A stretch of DNA of 60,116 nt, counting the filler. It is 4 parts of 4 records of this genome, joined end to end, with 100 filler letters (N's around TTAATTAATTAA, not from the genome) between each part and the next. Parts side by side here need not be neighbours in the genome. Positions count along the whole stretch, not along the records: positions 14,261 to 32,881 come from SRR31156797_13140; positions 32,982 to 52,323 come from SRR31156797_13151; 2 more parts are not named here. One strand, given 5' to 3'. Shown here piece after piece: positions 27,774 to 37,520 of this stretch. How positions within the stretch are numbered: the first letter of the stretch is position 1; every line of letters starts with the position of its first letter. The position numbers were made by a program, and so were the translations under genes. Under the pieces are notes generated by a model that ran no database searches, was not told the origin of the DNA, and saw only the letters and a program-made list of their open reading frames with translations.

Positions 27774-30212
27774 TTGGCAATGAAAATACAGATTTCCGGT
27801 AATGGTTTTTGTGAGGATAAGCAGTTTTCCGGGGTTTATCTGCAACAGGGAAGAATGCTGCTGGATGCGGACTGGAATGAACAGGTTGATATCTCCAAAA
27901 ACGCACTCCAGGGAGCCATGGCTGATGTGATCGGTTCGGGTATCCCCAAGGATGGGGGCGTTACGGTTGACACAAATGGCCGGATTTCTAAAGGTGTCTT
28001 TTATGCAAATGGAGAGCGGGTCGAACTAAAAAGCACGGTGGACCTGCTCAAGTGCCTGCCGCCGGTGCCTTCCGGCCAGGAACTGGTTTTTTACGCAGAC
28101 GTCTTTGAACGTGAAATCACGGCGGTTGAAGATCCGGATATTTGCGATCCGGCGCTTTATGGCGCAGACACCTGTACCCGCACCAAAAAAGTGGTGCAGT
28201 CACGGTGGATTAAAAAAACGCTGTTTAGTGGACTGCCCCAGGCCGGTAAATCCCGGTTCAAAATCCAACGCATCGGAGCGGTGGAGCCATGCCTTTTCCG
28301 GCTGGAAATTCATGATATCAACCTTGCAAAAAAACAGCTCACCCTGAAATGGTCCTTTGAAAACGGCGCAGAGCAGTATCGGGCGGACGAGTATCCCAAA
28401 GATTTTGCTGCCGGCAACTGGGTGTATGAATATTTTGATGCAGACTCCGAAGGATTTTACGGATTTAATCCCCCAGGCTCCACGCTTCAGCGGCCGGTTT
28501 TAACACGGGACATCGAAAATAATCCCGGCAGCCATGGGTTTGTCAAACGCTGGGACGGTTTTGCAACCATTGAATACAGCCAGGTGACCCATGGTGTTTT
28601 AAAACAGGGGAAACTGTCATCTCTTTATCATCATAACGGTCTTCAACTGGATCCCAACCTGGGGCAGGGCATCGGCGGGGCAATCCGCTACGGTACGGCC
28701 AACAATTTCTTCTCAGTGAATCTGGGATCGCTGCTACTGGAACTGTCTTTGGATATGAACGCCCTTTTTGTGGGAGATTACTGGCAGGTCAAGATCAGGG
28801 CACAGTATCCTGATCTTTTGCTGGACCAAGCGCTGCCCAACGGCTACCGGCACCATTACATTAAACTGGCTGAAAAAAAACCATCCCAACCGTTACAGAT
28901 GGTTGATGGCCGGCATGCCGCCTTCCCATCGTTAACCACGCTGACATCCGGTGATATTGCCGGAGAAACCGCCGGAAAAACCGTGGCCCAGGAACTGCAA
29001 ACTTTGGCAGATAAAAATGCCGTACAGGATGGTCGGCTGGATACCTGCGAATCGGATATTGCCGGACTGCGCGAATCAATCAAACACAATGAGCAACGCC
29101 TGGCCTTGTGGGGCAGGGGGGTGGTTGCCGGGTGCATTCCGGTTGAGCCCGAAACAACCATTGTCGCTGAGCGCCTGTCGGTTGCCATGGACTTTACGTC
29201 GGGCACTTTGATCGACGGCACAGGCGCGCTCTGGATGAACACAGGCACTTTAGGCTTAACGTTTTCAGCCGACGGCGTGTTCACGTTTCACAAACAAAGC
29301 ACCCTTATTTCGACATTGAAGACGAAATATAATATCAGCGGTATTACGATCAACCGTGAGATGGGCTCAGTTGTGACTTTTACGGATAACCCGCTTCTGC
29401 TGCTGGAAATCCTCCAGGCCTATGCTACAATGGATTTGCCCCAAATACTGACCAAAGCCGATGATTTCGATCCCAAAGATTTTGTAAAAATGGACACCGC
29501 CGGAACCATTGAAACACCCATATACGTATACCCCGAAGACGGAAAACTCAAAACCCTGTGTGCATATTTCAAAGATGAAAACGCGGCCGATGCATTGATC
29601 TTTGATGTCTCCCGGCGCACCGAACTTCTGCTGGGCCGGCTCGAACATAAAACCATCCCGCGTACCGCAACAGACAGATACACCCGGGCCGGCACCAGAG
29701 AAACATTCAAAGTGGTTGAAAAATCCCCGCGCATCCAACGTGTATTTAAAACCCCAACAACTCCGGTTGGCCGGTCCATTCATGAAAAAGAGTGGGCTGA
29801 TTATTCGTGTTTTTCACAAACTACACCGCCCAATGACGGGCAGATCTGTGTGGGCACCCTGATCGTTGCGGGCAAAGAGGCTGCCGTGGTCACCACCGGT
29901 CGTGAACAGGTGTACACGTCACCATTCAGGCAGGTCAGCCCGTTGTTTAAAACGCAATCTCCAACGGCTACAGGCTCAGGTGATACACCACAGGGGCCGC
30001 GGTATGATGTCCAGTTAACGGCAGTGGGGCTATCCAAAATCGCTTTTTTGAAAGCCTACCGGGATTTGACAGGCGTTAGCCTGGCTGAAGCCACAACAAT
30101 GATAGAATCGGGTGAACCTATCCTCATGAGCGACGTAAGCGCCCTTGATGCCCGAAGATTCAAGGCAAGGCTGGAGGCCACAGGGGCCGCCGTCAAATTG
30201 ATCTCGCTGTAA
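27774..30212 (+). CDS. DUF6519-family eCIS fibre-position protein with C-terminal ribosomal L7/L12-like domain
   Basis: FSGVYLQQGRMLLDADWNEQ, YADVFEREITAVEDP, ADTCTR, FRLEIH, LKWSFENGA (DUF6519); coiled coil + WGRGVVAG; C-terminal L12-CTD-like 30003-30212. Start may be ATG 27780. Confidence 0.88.
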   Translation: MAMKIQISGNGFCEDKQFSGVYLQQGRMLLDADWNEQVDISKNALQGAMADVIGSGIPKDGGVTVDTNGRISKGVFYANGERVELKSTVDLLKCLPPVPSGQELVFYADVFEREITAVEDPDICDPALYGADTCTRTKKVVQSRWIKKTLFSGLPQAGKSRFKIQRIGAVEPCLFRLEIHDINLAKKQLTLKWSFENGAEQYRADEYPKDFAAGNWVYEYFDADSEGFYGFNPPGSTLQRPVLTRDIENNPGSHGFVKRWDGFATIEYSQVTHGVLKQGKLSSLYHHNGLQLDPNLGQGIGGAIRYGTANNFFSVNLGSLLLELSLDMNALFVGDYWQVKIRAQYPDLLLDQALPNGYRHHYIKLAEKKPSQPLQMVDGRHAAFPSLTTLTSGDIAGETAGKTVAQELQTLADKNAVQDGRLDTCESDIAGLRESIKHNEQRLALWGRGVVAGCIPVEPETTIVAERLSVAMDFTSGTLIDGTGALWMNTGTLGLTFSADGVFTFHKQSTLISTLKTKYNISGITINREMGSVVTFTDNPLLLLEILQAYATMDLPQILTKADDFDPKDFVKMDTAGTIETPIYVYPEDGKLKTLCAYFKDENAADALIFDVSRRTELLLGRLEHKTIPRTATDRYTRAGTRETFKVVEKSPRIQRVFKTPTTPVGRSIHEKEWADYSCFSQTTPPNDGQICVGTLIVAGKEAAVVTTGREQVYTSPFRQVSPLFKTQSPTATGSGDTPQGPRYDVQLTAVGLSKIAFLKAYRDLTGVSLAEATTMIESGEPILMSDVSALDARRFKARLEATGAAVKLISL

Positions 30213-30372
30213 CCCAATGCGGTTTATCTGTACACACATGGAGGCCAGGCCATAAAGACAGTTGGCGAAAAAGCCTGATAAATAGGCAAAAAGAGCATGG
30301 ATCGCGGTGTTGATTGGTCACAATGGACAAAAGCAGCCTATCTGATGGGCTGGGATTAAGAGGAGATTTGTA

Positions 30373-31377
30373 ATGAAACTTTCCTGGAAAGCAATTTTTA
30401 TCAGTATCTGCATAACCGTATTCACCACGGCAACCGTATATGCCCAGGTGCCCATGAAAGGATGGTTTCTTGCCGCGCAAGCCTGTGAAGCATATCAGTC
30501 GATTAAAAAAGGAACCAACCCGGGGCATGTCAGGCTGGTTCAAAAGAAAAAGTATGAACTCATCGCTAAAAACAAGGAGGCAGCCACCTACTACCGCATC
30601 AAGGTAATCGGTGCCACGCCCCGGCAGCGGTGGGTAAAGGCCTCGTGCGGGGTTATTTTTGCAGAAAATGATAAGGTTAAAGTGGCGCAACCTGCTGTCA
30701 CACCGCTTAAAACTAAACCTTTGCAGGCCAATACCCCCCAGCCCGAATACCTTCTGGCCATCAGCTGGCAGCCGGCATTCTGCCAGACCCACCAGGCAAA
30801 ATCCGAGTGCCGGACCCAGGATAAAAGCAGATATGATGCTGATCATTTCACCTTGCACGGCCTATGGCCCCAACCCAGGTCGAATATCTACTGTACCACA
30901 GATAAAAAGAATAAAAGTCTGGATGAACTGAAACGGTATTATCAGCTCCCGGAACCTGACCTGTCCAGGACAACCTACAAACAGTTGACCCGGGTGATGC
31001 CCGGGGTGCGGTCATTTCTTCATCGCCATGAGTGGATAAAACACGGCACCTGTTATGACCCAGACCCTGAAGCCTATTTTCAGGAATCCATAATGCTGAT
31101 GAGGCAGATAAACAGATCTGCAGTCAGGGACTATTTTTCCGCCAATATTGGAAATACCGTTTCCGTTTCTGATATCAGGGATAAATTTGACCAGGCATTC
31201 GGACCCGGGGCAGGAAAAAAAGTAAAAGTAAAATGCCGCAACGGTATGATAACTGAATTGTGGATCAATCTTAAAGGAGAGATCACGCCGCAATCGGATG
31301 TTGCCCTGCTGCTGAAAAACGCAGACACGACCGCATCAAAATGCAGATCCGGCCTGGTTGACCCAGTGGGGTATTGA
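30373..31377 (+). CDS. Secreted ribonuclease T2 family protein with N-terminal SH3-like domain
   Basis: Signal peptide; YLLAISWQPAFC, FTLHGLWP (CAS I), HEWIKHGTC (CAS II); own RBS AGGAG. Confidence 0.93.
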   Translation: MKLSWKAIFISICITVFTTATVYAQVPMKGWFLAAQACEAYQSIKKGTNPGHVRLVQKKKYELIAKNKEAATYYRIKVIGATPRQRWVKASCGVIFAENDKVKVAQPAVTPLKTKPLQANTPQPEYLLAISWQPAFCQTHQAKSECRTQDKSRYDADHFTLHGLWPQPRSNIYCTTDKKNKSLDELKRYYQLPEPDLSRTTYKQLTRVMPGVRSFLHRHEWIKHGTCYDPDPEAYFQESIMLMRQINRSAVRDYFSANIGNTVSVSDIRDKFDQAFGPGAGKKVKVKCRNGMITELWINLKGEITPQSDVALLLKNADTTASKCRSGLVDPVGY

Positions 31378-31426
31378 AAATACAAGACTTTATTCTACGT
31401 GGTCAGGCAGGTTGTTTTAGTAACAC

Positions 31427-32614
31427 CTACACCACCTGTCCGGCGGCCCAGGCCGAAGACCATGCCCACTGAAAATTGTATCCGCCCAGCCACCCGGTGA
31501 CATCCAGCACTTCGCCGATGGCGTAAAGCCCCGGGACATCCCGGGATTCCATTGTCTTTGAAGAAAACCTGCGGCAATCAATGCCGCCGACGGTCACCTC
31601 GGCGGTTCTGTATCCTTCGGTGCCGCCGGGCTGGATGTTCCAGGCATGGATTTCGTCTGCCACATGTTTGAGTCCCTGGCGGGAAAGGGCGTGAACAGGG
31701 CTGTTCAACAGTTTTTCATTCAGGCGGGCCTTGACCAGACGCGTTGGAAGATGCTCCACCAGGACGGATTTCACATGGCGTTTGGGCCGGGTCTGCCGCG
31801 CTGTTTCCAGCAATTTTTCCATATTTCCATCCGGGAAAAGGTCGATGGTCAGCGTACCTCCGGGTTGCCAGAAGGATGAGGCCTGAAGGATCACAGGGCC
31901 GCTCAGCCCCCGGTGGGTAAACAGAAGCTGCTCTTTAAATGAGGCAGAGCCCGTGCTGACCAGAGCCTTGACTGAAATCCCGGCCAGGGGTGCAAGAACA
32001 GTCTTATCCCCGGGCTGGAGCGTAAAGGGAACAAGGCCGGGCCGGGGCCGTACCACAGGAATACCGAACTGCTCGGCCACCTTATATCCGAACGGCGTAG
32101 CACCGGCTGCAGGCATAGAGACACCTCCGGTTGCAATAACCAGGGATGAGCCGTTCATTATTTCCCCGGCGGTGCGGATTCGAAACCCCTGGGTAGAAGG
32201 CTGTCTTTCGATACCAGTAACGCTTATTTTGGGTGTCAGGCTGACGCCGGCACTGTGACACTCTGCCAGCAACATCTCAAGGATCTGCCCGGCACTGTCC
32301 GTGCAGAACAACTGGCTGTGCTCCCGTTCGCTGAAGCGGATCCCGTATTCCCGGACAAGAGCGATAAAATCCTGTGGCCGGTAACGGCTGAGCGCGGATT
32401 TTACAAAGTGCGGATTGGAAGAGATATAATTTTGCGCACTGACCCTACGGTTTGTAAAGTTGCACCTGCCGCCGCCGGACATGAGAATCTTGCGCCCGGG
32501 CTTGGGGCCGTGGTCCAGAACTTTTACACGTCTCCCGCGTTTCCCGGCCTGGGCCGCGCACATCAGCCCGGAGGCGCCTGCCCCGATAATCACCACATCG
32601 TATTTACTTTTCAT
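31427..32614 (-). CDS. HI0933/YhiN-family NAD(P)/FAD-dependent oxidoreductase
   Basis: IIGAGASG, KILMSGGGRCNFTN, LFTHRGLSGP, AEVTVGG, GWLGGYNFQWAWSS. Confidence 0.95.
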   Translation of the reverse strand: MKSKYDVVIIGAGASGLMCAAQAGKRGRRVKVLDHGPKPGRKILMSGGGRCNFTNRRVSAQNYISSNPHFVKSALSRYRPQDFIALVREYGIRFSEREHSQLFCTDSAGQILEMLLAECHSAGVSLTPKISVTGIERQPSTQGFRIRTAGEIMNGSSLVIATGGVSMPAAGATPFGYKVAEQFGIPVVRPRPGLVPFTLQPGDKTVLAPLAGISVKALVSTGSASFKEQLLFTHRGLSGPVILQASSFWQPGGTLTIDLFPDGNMEKLLETARQTRPKRHVKSVLVEHLPTRLVKARLNEKLLNSPVHALSRQGLKHVADEIHAWNIQPGGTEGYRTAEVTVGGIDCRRFSSKTMESRDVPGLYAIGEVLDVTGWLGGYNFQWAWSSAWAAGQVV

Positions 32615-32664
32615 ACTCTTTTCTGCCTGCCCATCAGCCCGCTTGTCCGGGCCGAATCCATTTG

Positions 32665-32881
32665 TTATGCGCTTATTTTTTCTCGCACCCGGGCAACCTC
32701 CGGGCTTTCAATGTACTCATCATAGGACATGAGGCGGTCAATGATCCCGTCTGAGGTGACCTCGATGATACGGTTGGCAATGGTGTTGACAAACTCATGG
32801 TCGTGGGAGGTGAAAAGAACCACTTCGGGGAACGCCACCAGGCTGTCGTTAAGGGCGGTGATGGATTCCAGGTCCAGGTGG
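32665..32881 (-). CDS. ABC-F family ATPase, C-terminal fragment (YbiT-like)
   Basis: Hand translation HLDLESITALNDSLVAFPEVVLFTSHDHEFVNTIANRIIEV...ISA*. Confidence 0.85.
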
Positions 32882-32981
32882 NNNNNNNNNNNNNNNNNNN
32901 NNNNNNNNNNNNNNNNNNNNNNNNNTTAATTAATTAANNNNNNNNNNNNNNNNNNNNNNNNNNNNNNNNNNNNNNNNNNNN
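32882..32981. other. Artificial contig-joining spacer
   Basis: N-run with central TTAATTAATTAA. Confidence 0.98.
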
Positions 32982-33276
32982 GGCATTGTTCACATACAGC
33001 CTGTTCCGCATCTTTGAGTTCTTTGTCGAATTTGATGTCTGTTTTATCATATATAATAGTCGGGAGTATTAGGGGGGGTACTGTTTCCGGAAAACGGTCA
33101 ATTACGGCACGTTTAATTTGGGCCATTGCCTTTAATTCCTGAACCACGGACCAGCGCTCTGGATCCAGAATATAAATGGGCTGGACAGCGCGCTTTTCCA
33201 CCAGCAGGAGATATAACATCCTGAAACTGGAGTCCCACCCTCCGGTCATGAGAACATTGCGGGGTTCATTATCCAT
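32982..33276 (-). CDS. PP-loop (QueC-like adenine-nucleotide alpha-hydrolase) protein, partial
   Basis: NVLMTGGWDSSF SGGxDS-type motif; truncated by spacer. Confidence 0.65.
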
Positions 33277-33334
33277 AAATTCCTCCTATAAAAGCCTGTC
33301 TTCTGTCATTCCTGTATCATCCAAAAACCTGAAG

Positions 33335-33910
33335 TTAACGCTCCTTTATGATCCTGGCCGGATTACCCACGGCCACGACACGGTCCGGGATATCTTTCAC
33401 CACCACGGTACCGGCACCGATAACGGTTTGTTTGCCGACATTGGCCATGACCACGCTCCGGTCCCCCACAAAAGTTTTCTCCCCGATGTGGACCCGAGCA
33501 TAGACGCCATCAGCCTCCAATGCCCCTTTGGAAGGATCTGAAAAGTCATGCATCCGCCCGCCGGACAGAATGGAGCAGCCTCCTGAGATAACGGCCTTGT
33601 CTCCGATATCGGCAAGGCCTATCGTTGTGTTCATGCCGATGCCGCAACCGTCGCCAACGCTTGCATCCATCTTGGTGACAACCGCACCGAAGAGGAGGAT
33701 TGTATTTTTTCCGAATTTTCTGAGGGTCATTCGGTAATAAGCTCCTCGGACGAAGGTGCCGGTCATCCCCGGCAACAAGCTCATCAATTGAGCATTGTAC
33801 TGGAAGAGCCCTTGTGTACCGACACGTTTGCCGATAAGCGCCAAGGCTGCGAACGGGAATGCAGCAACAAGAGCCGCTGCTCTGCACACCTTCTTAATCA
33901 ATTTTTTCAT
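33335..33910 (-). CDS. Hexapeptide-repeat O-acetyltransferase
   Basis: HIGEKTFVG, IGAGTVVVKDIP...VGNPAR. Confidence 0.9.
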   Translation of the reverse strand: MKKLIKKVCRAAALVAAFPFAALALIGKRVGTQGLFQYNAQLMSLLPGMTGTFVRGAYYRMTLRKFGKNTILLFGAVVTKMDASVGDGCGIGMNTTIGLADIGDKAVISGGCSILSGGRMHDFSDPSKGALEADGVYARVHIGEKTFVGDRSVVMANVGKQTVIGAGTVVVKDIPDRVVAVGNPARIIKER

Positions 33911-33946
33911 GTTTTTTCCTTTTTGGACATTTACATGAAACGGGCA

Positions 33947-35101
33947 TCAACCCGTCAACTTTTTTCTCAGTAACAACATGGCCTTGTAGGCCATCCGGAA
34001 GAACCGGGCCACCTTGTTTCCTTTATGCTCCATGAGGAACAGATAGGTATACCACCCACCGGGATAAACAATGGATCCGTCTTGAAACACGATAGACTGA
34101 GCACCGATGCGGGCGATCTTGAAACACCCGGACTTGTCCCAGCCGCCCTGGTCCCGTTTAGCCGACCCCACGGTGACCCCTTTGTATAAATTGGAGGCGA
34201 TGTTCTCTGCCTCGTCGGAATATCCACCGCCGGGCCAGCAGAAAATATCAATGGATTTACCGAGGTTTTTCTCCAGAAGGCGCTTGGATTCGGAAAGCTC
34301 CCAACGGACCCGCTCCAGGTACTGTTCTTCGGTCTCGTGGATGCCCTCTCCTGCTGAGGCCGTCAATTCCGAAGCCTTGGCTTCCAGAATGGAGCGCCAG
34401 TCCGGTTTATCAAAGAAGCCTTTGCCCTGTTGTGCACAAAACGCAATCAGTTCGTCCCGGACAGACGGATCAGGGAAATAGGCTGGGCCGCTTAGTGATT
34501 TTTGATGTGCATAAACCGGAGCGCCCCAGTTGCCGCGATAGGGGGTTTTGCTTAAATAGGCAAACTTCATCTCCGGCCTGTCATTCCAGTCCATCCAGAC
34601 ATAGTCGTCACCCGGATGATGGAAATCCACGATTTTGGGGGAGGAAAAATACCAGGTATGGGTCATGGCATGGGACTGAATTTCCATGACCCCCCGCTTT
34701 TCCATCTCCCGCATTTCATCCCAGTTGAGAAAGCCGTATAATTCCAACTCCTCGATAGGCACATCACCATATCTTGGGCGCAGACCGGTGGAGGGATCCA
34801 CAAAGTCAGGGTTCACAAATAGCGTGCCGCAAAAGCCGTACTTTTCCAGGATCGGTGCGGCAAACACCCAGTTGTCCAGGTAGCCGTCATCAAAGGTCAG
34901 ATAGACTGCCTTATCCGGATACTCGCCGGTCTTGTGGCATTTCAGGAACTCGGCACTGGTCAGGGTGCGGTAACCACGCTCTTTGAGAATGCGCATCTCA
35001 TGATCAAAGGTCTCAAAGGGCATGGTCAAAAAATTCCATACCCAGTCCGGCTTTGGGATGCCGACGGTGTGGTACATAATGCAAGGGACTTTACGGGACA
35101 T
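33947..35101 (-). CDS. Polysaccharide deacetylase (CE4)
   Basis: MYH, LTFDDGYLDNW, QSHAMTH, CWPGG. Confidence 0.92.
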   Translation of the reverse strand: MSRKVPCIMYHTVGIPKPDWVWNFLTMPFETFDHEMRILKERGYRTLTSAEFLKCHKTGEYPDKAVYLTFDDGYLDNWVFAAPILEKYGFCGTLFVNPDFVDPSTGLRPRYGDVPIEELELYGFLNWDEMREMEKRGVMEIQSHAMTHTWYFSSPKIVDFHHPGDDYVWMDWNDRPEMKFAYLSKTPYRGNWGAPVYAHQKSLSGPAYFPDPSVRDELIAFCAQQGKGFFDKPDWRSILEAKASELTASAGEGIHETEEQYLERVRWELSESKRLLEKNLGKSIDIFCWPGGGYSDEAENIASNLYKGVTVGSAKRDQGGWDKSGCFKIARIGAQSIVFQDGSIVYPGGWYTYLFLMEHKGNKVARFFRMAYKAMLLLRKKLTG

Positions 35102-36426
35102 TAGCGCTCAACCTCACAAATTGTATAGCGGTGCTTGCCACCAACGGTTTTCGGGATGTCGTCCACGTACTGGACATCCAGGAAAAAAGAGGGCGTGACA
35201 TCGGCCCGGATGCGGGCTTCAAGAGCCTCGACCATGGACTGGCTTTCATCATCAAAGTTTTTCCCGCGCACGATCTTCAGGTGGATGCGTTCCCGCTCCT
35301 GTTGTCTGAACTGGAACGCCTTGACTCCCTTGAGGGCGGCCAGCAGGCGGACGAAATAGGTGCCGTGAATGGCATTTCCTTCGGGAGAGAGGAAGCTATC
35401 GTAAATGCGGCCGATGTCCATCTTCATGAGCGGAAAACCCCGTCCGCATGAGCAGTTCCCCTCCAACGGCTCACCGCAGTCTCCAATGTCGTAACGGATG
35501 AACGGCATACCGGGGTTGGCCAGGGAGGTGGCGATTATTTTTTGTGATCCGGTCTGCGGGTCAGGCATGAATTCAATATAAGACGAATGGGTCAGCAGGT
35601 GCATGCCGCCTTTGTCGCATTCTGTTGAAATACAAGGCACCTCGCGACTGCCGTACTGGTCGTAAACAGGGCAGGAAAACGCTTTGGCAAACAGCTCCCG
35701 CTGCCAGTCATGCATTTTTTCAGCCGAGGACATTACGCCCTTAACCCCGGGCAGGTTGATTTTTCTTTCCAGCAGAAAACTGGACAGATCGGTCAGAACG
35801 GACGGATAGCCGTATAGGAACAGCTTTTTATATTTACTAATCTCCCGGGTCCAGTCGGCCAGGACACCCTGATTGTACTGGTAGGCGTTTAGGGCGGTGG
35901 AACCGGCCACACAGGCCTTTATTTTTTTCATGGCACTGGATTTCTTGCCGAATTCCTTGGGGTTACCCCATATCTGGATGATCATGTCGCCGGGTTTCCA
36001 GCCCATCCAGGACTGGGCCAGCATCATGGTGCCGTTCATTTTATCCCACACCTCCCGGCTCTGGTAAAAGGCCACGGGTTCACCCGTGGAACCGCCGCTG
36101 CTGTTTTTAACAAGATTCTGTTTATCTACGGCAGTGGAGATAAGATCATTTCCGTATTGACGTACAATGTCCTTGGTCAGGATCGGCAGCCGGGCAAAAT
36201 CATCAAACGTTTTGATGTCCTGGTGTGTGATGCCAATCTCACGCATGACGCCCTGGTAATAAGGCACTGTCTCGGCAGCGTGTCTTACAAGCGCTTTGAT
36301 GCGCTCAAGCTGGATGGCCCGTAATTCATCCGTGGACATCCATTGGAAACGGGAGGCTTCCTCCCAATACTGATACCGTTTGTCTCCACGCAACTGGTTC
36401 AGTGTTTTTCGAACAAAACCGATCAT
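35101..36426 (-). CDS. Phenylacetate-CoA-ligase-like adenylate-forming enzyme (CapK type)
   Basis: LPILTK, SSGGSTGEP, YGYPS, YGSRE, PFIRYDIGD, CSCGRG, GKHR. Confidence 0.9.
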   Translation of the reverse strand: MIGFVRKTLNQLRGDKRYQYWEEASRFQWMSTDELRAIQLERIKALVRHAAETVPYYQGVMREIGITHQDIKTFDDFARLPILTKDIVRQYGNDLISTAVDKQNLVKNSSGGSTGEPVAFYQSREVWDKMNGTMMLAQSWMGWKPGDMIIQIWGNPKEFGKKSSAMKKIKACVAGSTALNAYQYNQGVLADWTREISKYKKLFLYGYPSVLTDLSSFLLERKINLPGVKGVMSSAEKMHDWQRELFAKAFSCPVYDQYGSREVPCISTECDKGGMHLLTHSSYIEFMPDPQTGSQKIIATSLANPGMPFIRYDIGDCGEPLEGNCSCGRGFPLMKMDIGRIYDSFLSPEGNAIHGTYFVRLLAALKGVKAFQFRQQERERIHLKIVRGKNFDDESQSMVEALEARIRADVTPSFFLDVQYVDDIPKTVGGKHRYTICEVER

Positions 36427-37520
36427 GATACAACCCTATGGTATAATTTCAAGTATTGTGCACACATGGCACGGTTGCTAAATTGTTTGGTTACCAGCTT
36501 AACGCCCTCTACAGCAAATGCCTGACGCTTTTCCGGATGATCCAACATCCAGATCATGGCTGAGGCCAGTGCCTTATGATCCTCTGGTGGAACAACCAGG
36601 CCATTGTCACCGTTGGACAGGATTTCCGATACGCCGCCCACATCCGTTGCGACCACGGGAACCCCGCAGCTCATAGCCTCCAGTACAGAGATGGGGGCTC
36701 CCTCCCGCTTGGAAGGCAGGACAAAAATATCCATACCCCGAAGCAGTTCCGGCACATTATCCCGGCGGCCAAGCATGAATACGGAGTTGCTGAGACCGTA
36801 TTCTTCAATCATTTGTTCCACATCCCGGCGGGTCTCACCGTCGCCGACCAGAACAAGAGAGATATTATCATGGTATTCCAGCACATCCTTAAAAGCCAAT
36901 AGCAGGTTGCCGTGGTCCTTGGCCTCGGTCATACGGGCCACCAAACCGAACACAATTCCTTTGCCGGGAATCAGGCCGCCCCGTTCAGAGTTTCCTTCAA
37001 CATCGAACCGGTCAATATCTACAGCATTTGGGATATGTTCCACCCGCTGCAGGGGCAGGCCGAGGTATTGGTGGAAGAAAATTTTAAGGTCATGGGAAAC
37101 AGTTGTTATGGCATCCAATAGAGGAGCCAGCAGCTTGATGGTGGTCCTGACCAGCGGTTTTGTCTGGATAGAATGTTTGGCATGCTCGGTATAGATAATT
37201 TTCACCCCGGCCAGCTTTGCCGGGATAACTACAAAAAGCAACAGATAGCCGGCCTGAACGTGGACCACATCTATCTTGTTCTCTTTGAAGAACCTGTACA
37301 GCACCCGCCAGGTGCCGAATTTACCCCGGTTCCCGGCGTCAATGCTGTGATAGTCTAACTTTCGTGCCTGGAGGGATTCCTCTAAGGGGCCGCCGTCACC
37401 AAAGATACCGCACACGATCCCATCAACCGAGTTGCGGGTACCATCCAGTATGGTCATCCCCAGGTTCTCGGCTCCGCCATGGCTTAAGGTAAAGATGGCC
37501 TGGGCTACACGCAGTTTCAT
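36423..37520 (-). CDS. Glycosyltransferase family 4
   Basis: GGAE, YTEH, KDH, PSKREGAPISVLEAM, TDVGG. Confidence 0.92.
   Translation of the reverse strand: MKLRVAQAIFTLSHGGAENLGMTILDGTRNSVDGIVCGIFGDGGPLEESLQARKLDYHSIDAGNRGKFGTWRVLYRFFKENKIDVVHVQAGYLLLFVVIPAKLAGVKIIYTEHAKHSIQTKPLVRTTIKLLAPLLDAITTVSHDLKIFFHQYLGLPLQRVEHIPNAVDIDRFDVEGNSERGGLIPGKGIVFGLVARMTEAKDHGNLLLAFKDVLEYHDNISLVLVGDGETRRDVEQMIEEYGLSNSVFMLGRRDNVPELLRGMDIFVLPSKREGAPISVLEAMSCGVPVVATDVGGVSEILSNGDNGLVVPPEDHKALASAMIWMLDHPEKRQAFAVEGVKLVTKQFSNRAMCAQYLKLYHRVVS

Noticed and set aside
14365-30212. Prophage interpretation of the tail genes
   Set aside because: No head, portal, terminase, integrase or replication genes; Afp15 ATPase and Pvc16 point to eCIS.
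30003-30212. Genuine rplL gene
   Set aside because: No L12 N-terminal dimerisation domain, no own start or RBS, no rplJ/rpoB context; in frame with DUF6519.
30334-30352. Hairpin CAGCCTA-TCTGA-TGGGCTG between the eCIS operon and RNase T2
   Set aside because: Short stem with no U-tract; not supportable as an intrinsic terminator.
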